A DNA stretch of 64,000 nt, from NCBI GenBank assembly GCA_965116905.1, contig OZ220732.1, forward strand, positions 736,001 through 800,000, in the 5' to 3' direction. Position numbers and translations under genes: made by a program. Below are positions 59,030 through 64,000 of this stretch, one piece after another. The stretch comes from Longimicrobiales bacterium. GTDB taxonomy: Bacteria; Gemmatimonadota; Gemmatimonadetes; Longimicrobiales; Gaopeijiaceae. The number at the start of each line of letters is the position of its first letter. Positions within the stretch are counted from its first letter, which is position 1. The notes beneath the pieces were generated by a model. It worked only from the letters and a program-made list of their open reading frames with translations. It ran no database searches and was not told the origin of the DNA.

Positions 59030-60364
59030 TTGAGTAGACACCCGCAAGACGCTGCGACTAGGGTGATTAACGCAATGCCCACGAAACAGCTGTTCATCGG
59101 GATGCTCACTAGGGACATCGCCTTAATCCCGGCCGTGCTCGACTTAGTGGACAATTGCGTCGACGGAGCCCGACGCGACGTCGGGGATGGCCCCTACGAC
59201 GGCCACTGGGTGCGGATTGAAGTCTCTGCTGATAGGCTCCGCCTCGCCGACAACTGCGGAGGTATTCCAGTTGATGTTGCCCAACGTTACGCGTTTCGTT
59301 TTGGAAGAGATGAGGACTCGCCGTCAATTCGCCACTCCATCGGACAGTTTGGTGTTGGTATGAAGCGTGCCATCTTCAAGATTGGTGACGAATTCCGGGT
59401 CGACTCTCGTACTAGGACCAGTCGCTTTGTCGTTCGCGAGAACATCCCGGCTTGGGCCAGCAGGGACAAATGGCAGTTTCAATTCACCGAACTCGAAGAG
59501 AACAAAGACCGTCCCGAGGACACCATCGGCACTGTACTCACCATCTCCAAGCTCCACCCAGACGTCGCGACGGCGTTTCGAAGCGAGGCGTTCCGCAACC
59601 AACTTCGAGAGGAGCTGCGAAGCAAACTGACCGGTCCGATTTCCCTTGGGTTCGCAATTTCCCTGGATGGGCGTCCTGTTCACGCTGACCCGCTTGAGCT
59701 CCTCGATTCACGAGCACTGAAACCAGCGTATGCCAGGCGTGACTTCCGTAACGGCGGGCCGTCGACGGTGACTGCACGGTTTTATACGGGGCTAGCCGAC
59801 CCGGATCCGGAAGCCGCGGGCTGGCATGTCTTTTGTAACGGGAGGTTGGTGTTAGAGGCCGACAAGTCGCGGGTGACTGGATGGGGCGGCACAGAGGAGA
59901 CCCGAATCCCTCGCTTCCACGGGCAGTTTAACAGATTTCGCGGCTACCTATACTTTGACTCCGATGACGCTGGTGCGCTGCCTTGGAACACGACCAAGAC
60001 CGGCCTCGATTTGGACTCTGCGGTCTACCGCGCTAGTAGACTCCAGATGCGGACACTGATGAGACCGGTTATCGACTTCCTGAATAAGCTAAAGGCTGAG
60101 AAAGAGGAGTCAGACACTGGTCCGCTTCAGGGTCTGCTTTCTAGGGCACGAAAGGCTAAACTTACCGCATTGACACCACGCCCCACGTTCGTGGTTCCGA
60201 AGGTAGCGCCCCCAAAGCCAAAACCCTCTGTTCAACGTATTCAGTACGATGCGCCATCAGCCAAGGCGCAGGAGATCAAAGAGTACCTGAGTGCTTCTAC
60301 ATGGGTTGCTGTCGGTCGATATACGTTCGACTACTTTTATGATGCGGAGCTCGGGGATGAGTAG
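59030..60364 (+). CDS. GHKL/MORC-like ATPase
   Basis: LDLVDNCVDGA, DNCGGI, IGQFGVGMKRAIF, GTVLTI, GWHVFCNGRLV. Confidence 0.9.
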   Translation: MSRHPQDAATRVINAMPTKQLFIGMLTRDIALIPAVLDLVDNCVDGARRDVGDGPYDGHWVRIEVSADRLRLADNCGGIPVDVAQRYAFRFGRDEDSPSIRHSIGQFGVGMKRAIFKIGDEFRVDSRTRTSRFVVRENIPAWASRDKWQFQFTELEENKDRPEDTIGTVLTISKLHPDVATAFRSEAFRNQLREELRSKLTGPISLGFAISLDGRPVHADPLELLDSRALKPAYARRDFRNGGPSTVTARFYTGLADPDPEAAGWHVFCNGRLVLEADKSRVTGWGGTEETRIPRFHGQFNRFRGYLYFDSDDAGALPWNTTKTGLDLDSAVYRASRLQMRTLMRPVIDFLNKLKAEKEESDTGPLQGLLSRARKAKLTALTPRPTFVVPKVAPPKPKPSVQRIQYDAPSAKAQEIKEYLSASTWVAVGRYTFDYFYDAELGDE

Positions 60365-61325
60365 TGGCACTCTTGGTCGGGTCATTTACCGAATCCGCCC
60401 AGCAAAGAACGTCGAACGCAAGATGATATGCGAAGCAATGGCTACCCTCTGCCGTCTAGAGCCGCTGCCTGCCTATCAGTATGTCGGCTTGGGGTCCCTG
60501 GAGTTTCACGACTTTGCGTTGTTCTATCAGCGACTAGGGATCCGCACCATGGTGAGCATAGAGAAGCGCGATTCGGCCGAAGAGCAAGCTCGTATCGGGC
60601 TAAACCGTCCGTATGGGCACATTGTGATGGAGTGGGGTGTCTCCACTGAGCGCCTAACCGACATCAACTGGAATAGTCGGTCAATCGTCTGGCTGGACTA
60701 TGACTATCGCATTACGCCGTCGATGCTCGACGATGTACAGTTTCTTGTTTCCGAGCTGCCTTCTGGATCATGCTTGATCGTCACGGTCTGCTGCGAACCA
60801 TGGAAAGCTAGTCTCGCGACGCCGAAGGTTGGGCGCATGCGATTTGAGAGGCTCATTCGGGCGGTGGGCAGGGCGAGGATTCCAGACGGAATAGGTGGTA
60901 AAGACCTTCGCGATTGGGGCCTTGGTGAAGTATCGCGACGGATCATTCGAAATGAGATTGAGACCACTTTGGCTGCTCGGAGCGGTGCTTTGGCACCAGA
61001 TGACCGAATGACGTATTCTCAGGTCTTCAATTTCAGATACGCAGACGGCCCCACGAAGATGGCCACATTCGGGGGAATACTCGTTTCGCGGAGGGATGAG
61101 GTCAGATTGTCTGGGCCTGATTTTGCGCACCTGCCGTACTATCGCCCAGACACGGGCGATTACCATATTCGAATACCTCGGCTGACTTTGAGGGAGGTAC
61201 ACTACCTCAACCAGAAGATGCCGGACAACCTGTCTAGCGTGACTGCGATACCGACTAATGAGGTTGAGAAGTACCTCTCGATCCATAGGTACTTCCCAGA
61301 GTTTCTCGAGGTTGAGATGACGTAG
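60357..61325 (+). CDS. Putative SAM-dependent O-methyltransferase-like protein
   Basis: YRIRPAKNVERKM, YQYVGLGS...DF, MVSIEK, IVWLDYD, FNFRYADG..MATFGG; overlaps the ATPase stop. Confidence 0.7.
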   Translation: MSSGTLGRVIYRIRPAKNVERKMICEAMATLCRLEPLPAYQYVGLGSLEFHDFALFYQRLGIRTMVSIEKRDSAEEQARIGLNRPYGHIVMEWGVSTERLTDINWNSRSIVWLDYDYRITPSMLDDVQFLVSELPSGSCLIVTVCCEPWKASLATPKVGRMRFERLIRAVGRARIPDGIGGKDLRDWGLGEVSRRIIRNEIETTLAARSGALAPDDRMTYSQVFNFRYADGPTKMATFGGILVSRRDEVRLSGPDFAHLPYYRPDTGDYHIRIPRLTLREVHYLNQKMPDNLSSVTAIPTNEVEKYLSIHRYFPEFLEVEMT

Positions 61326-61474
61326 CGGTCGTTCCATTATCAATAGTCTGATCTGCGAGAGACTCCATGCGCTCCCGGGTGTTAGGGTGAACACGTGTTC
61401 ATGGTGTTGGCGGCCGTTCAAAACCCGACAGTTGTGGCCGTCGAAAGTCGTACATCTCGGGAGGGTGATCGAGG

Positions 61475-62273
61475 TTCGCCACGCGGCTGTTCAAGGAAGT
61501 TCGCGATGCGGGCTACCCGGGGAGCTACAGCCAGGCGAACCGGTATGTGCGACGGGTGCGGCCGCGGCCTCCGGACGAGCCTGTGCAGCGGTTCGAGACC
61601 CCTCCGGGCCACCAGGGTCAGGTGGACTTCGCGGACTTCCGGCTGCCCTGGGGCAAGGGCCATGCGCTGAAACGTGGTACTGGGCTACTCGCGCCTGATG
61701 TGGCTGCGCTATTACGAGCGCCAGACGATGCCGGTGGTGATGCGGGGGCTCGAGACCGCGTTCCGGTACTTTCGGGGGCGTCCCGTCCGAACTGCTGTTC
61801 GACCAGATGAAGGCGGTGATCATCGCAGACGGCCGTGCAGATGGGGGGCGGCTGGTCGAGAACCCGGAGTTCCTGCGCTTCAGCCATCACTGGGGCTTCC
61901 GGATCCGAGCGTGCCGTCCCTACCGGGCGCAGACGAAGGGCAAGGTGGAACGGCCGATCCGGTACATCCGCGAGAGCTTCTTCTACGGCCGGGACTTCGT
62001 CTCCGACGACGACCTCAACGCCCGGGCGCTGGAGTGGCTCGACGGCGAGGCCAACGTCCGGATCCACGGGACGCTGAAGGAGCGGCCCGCGAACCGGTTC
62101 CAGCGGGAGCGGCCCTTCTGGCACCGCTCACTTCGTGGCCCTACCGGCCTGCGGCGCCGCTTTCTGAACCCCGAAGGGCAACACGGACCCGGGGAGCTCC
62201 GGCTCCGCCCGTCGTAGATGTCGAACAGCGCCCGCTGGCCACGTATGCCCGGATCACAGGGGATGTCCAGTGA
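61475..62273 (+). pseudogene. istA: IS21 transposase, N-truncated and frameshifted
   Basis: RFETPPGHQGQVDF, VLGYSR, DQMKAV, ACRPYRAQTKGKVER, NVRIHGT across several frames. Confidence 0.9.
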
Positions 62274-62900
62274 AGACGCCCTCGGGCAGGGAGCGGATCG
62301 CGGCCCAACTGGCCGACCTGAAGATGCCGGGCGCCCTGGAGGCCCTCGACGAGATCCTGGCCGGTGTGGACGGCGGCGGCACGACCGCTGCGCAGGCCAT
62401 CGAGCGGCTCCTTGCCGCCCAGATCGCGCTCCGCAACAGCCGCCGCCTGCAGACGGCGATGCGTTCCAGCCGGCTTCCGGCGGTCAAGACGCTCGCAGAC
62501 CTCGACTTCAGCTTCCAGCCGTCGGTCAAGCGAGAGCAGATCGACTCGCTGCACGAGCTCGGCTTCGTGGACCCACCCGGGGCTCCTGGTCGTCGACGAG
62601 ATCGGCTACCTCCCCATCACCCGCAGCGGCGCCATCCTCTTCTTCCAGCTCGTCAACCGTCGCTACGAGCACGCCTCGACGGTGCTCACGTCGAACCAGG
62701 GCTTCGAGCGCTGGGGCGAGATCCTGCACGACGAGGTCATGGCCGCCGCCCTGCTGGACCGTCTGCTCCACCGCTGCCACATCGTCAACATCCGCGGCAA
62801 CAGCTACCGGATGCGGCGCCACACCGAACTCTCCAAGGCGATCCACCCAACCGCCGCCCGGGCCCTGTCCGCCGAACGCTCGGCGAGGGGGGACGCAGTG
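62270..62900 (+). pseudogene. istB: IS21 helper ATPase with internal deletion (Walker A lost)
   Basis: KTLADLDFSFQPSV...ELGFVD joined directly to LLVVDEIGYLP...LDRLLHRCHIVNIRGNSYRM; end approximate. Confidence 0.9.
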
Positions 62901-63204
62901 GTGGGCCTCCGGCAGAGACCCCGGGCCCGCCCCGCTACGGTCGCTCCGCTCCCTCCGCAGTGCGGGCGCCGAAGTGTCAGATTTTCGATGGCCAGGAGTG
63001 TCAGATTTTCGGCGGCCATTGACAGCGGAGGAATCGAGAACTTCTGCTCTGCGCCGTGCGGCGCTCTCCACAGGAGCCGCCGACGGGCCTTGCTGATCGT
63101 GGTGGTACACATGTACAGTACCTTGCCGTGGCTCAGCTAATGGTCGCACACCTCAACCGCCCTCCTTCCACAACGCCACTTCGGACCCCGGAGCGCCAAC
63201 ACCC

Positions 63205-64000
63205 GTGACACAACTCAGTGAGCAGATCGAAACCGCACGTCGCCGTGTCGTCTCCGATGGCTACGACATGTCTGTAGGTGAGCTGATCAGCCTTTACAGA
63301 GATCGCGAACTCGTGATCAACCCTATCTATCAGCGCTATTTTCGTTGGACCGATTCGCAAAAGACCAGATTCATCGAGTCGTTGCTGTTGGGAATCCCCA
63401 CCCCTCCGATCTTCGTGTTTCAGCAGGCCGGCGGGGTTTGGGAACTCATCGATGGCCTCCAACGGATCTCCACAGTATTGGAATTCGTCGGGGAACTCCG
63501 GCGCGACGGCGAGGTAGTGGAGCCGTCGTCTCTCGAAGGCACCAACCTTGTCCCGAGCCTTGCCGAGGTTGCCTGGGAGTCCCTCCCCATGCCGCAAAGA
63601 TTGGATATTCGCCGGTCCCGAATGCGGGTTGAGATTCTGAAGAAGGAGAGTGACGAGGAAGCCAAGTTCGAACTGTTCCAACGACTCAATACAGGTGGGA
63701 CACACCTGACCGACCAGGAAGTACGAAACTGTGTACTCGTAATGGTGAACCAGGAGTTTCATGATTGGTTGAGACGGCTGACCGAGTCCGATTGCTACTC
63801 CACGACAGTTGTGCTAAGCGACGTCAAGAAACAACAGCAACAAGACATGGAGATTGCGCTTCGATATGTAGCTTATCGACATGTTCCGTATGTCACAGGT
63901 CTAGACGTAAATGAGTACCTCGACCGGGCAGCGCTCACGTTGGCACGGGAAATGACAAGTGATCGGCGCGCTGCCGAAGAGACGGCCTTTTTCAAGACGT
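63205..64000 (+). CDS. DUF262 domain protein (3'-partial)
   Basis: Not in the ORF track; hand translation DMSVGELISLY...NPIYQRYFRW...FIESLLLGIPTPPIF...LIDGLQRISTV...LFQRLNTGG. Confidence 0.92.
   Translation, partial: MTQLSEQIETARRRVVSDGYDMSVGELISLYRDRELVINPIYQRYFRWTDSQKTRFIESLLLGIPTPPIFVFQQAGGVWELIDGLQRISTVLEFVGELRRDGEVVEPSSLEGTNLVPSLAEVAWESLPMPQRLDIRRSRMRVEILKKESDEEAKFELFQRLNTGGTHLTDQEVRNCVLVMVNQEFHDWLRRLTESDCYSTTVVLSDVKKQQQQDMEIALRYVAYRHVPYVTGLDVNEYLDRAALTLAREMTSDRRAAEETAFFKT

Larger units (their letters stand above)
61405..63024 (+). mobile_element. Defective IS21-family insertion sequence
   Basis: Left end TGTTGGCGGCCGTTCAAAACCCGACA... matches the reverse complement of the right end TGTCAATGGCCGCCGAAAATCTGACA...; each end has tandem sub-repeats; contains istA and istB fragments. 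Confidence 0.92.

Noticed and set aside
63133..63762. 209-aa minus-strand ORF
   Set aside because: Antisense to the clear DUF262 gene on the plus strand.
1..64000. CRISPR array, tRNA or rRNA genes
   Set aside because: No regularly spaced short direct repeats with unique spacers, no cas genes and no recognisable structural RNA seen by eye; a covariance search was not run.

Overview
GC-rich bacterial accessory region with no rRNA, tRNA or CRISPR array. The many 6-bladed beta-propeller, carboxypeptidase-regulatory and Ig-like lipoproteins resemble Gemmatimonadota genes; that assignment is inference only. (i) 1-12 kb: partial GAF/PAS histidine kinase, large membrane protein, EEP nuclease, two toxin-antitoxin (TA) pairs, amidohydrolase and a solo macrodomain. 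(ii) 12-21.7 kb: three unrelated secreted Cys-rich peptides, beta-propellers, a DsbA-propeller fusion, a redoxin and an ECF sigma/anti-sigma pair, with a 4-copy promoter-like motif (TTGCAC-N11-GAGAACTGTCA). (iii) 24-64 kb: defence-island mosaic with XRE-ImmA, HEPN, DUF5131+TcmP, IetAS-like ATPase/S8 protease, a Ubl-E2-JAB/E1 operon, DUF262-DUF1524, McrBC-like, Vsr-Dcm-MORC-methyltransferase, a decayed IS21 and a partial DUF262. The cargo is interleaved with repeated 5'-truncated copies of one gene, repeated TA fragments and three copies of a 41-bp imperfect palindrome. Best novelty candidates: the ECF-linked peptide/propeller cluster, the ubiquitin-like operon, the repeat-scaffold and 41-bp site architecture, and the nuclease-less Vsr-Dcm-MORC-MTase operon. 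All family calls come from motif recognition by eye; no searches were run.
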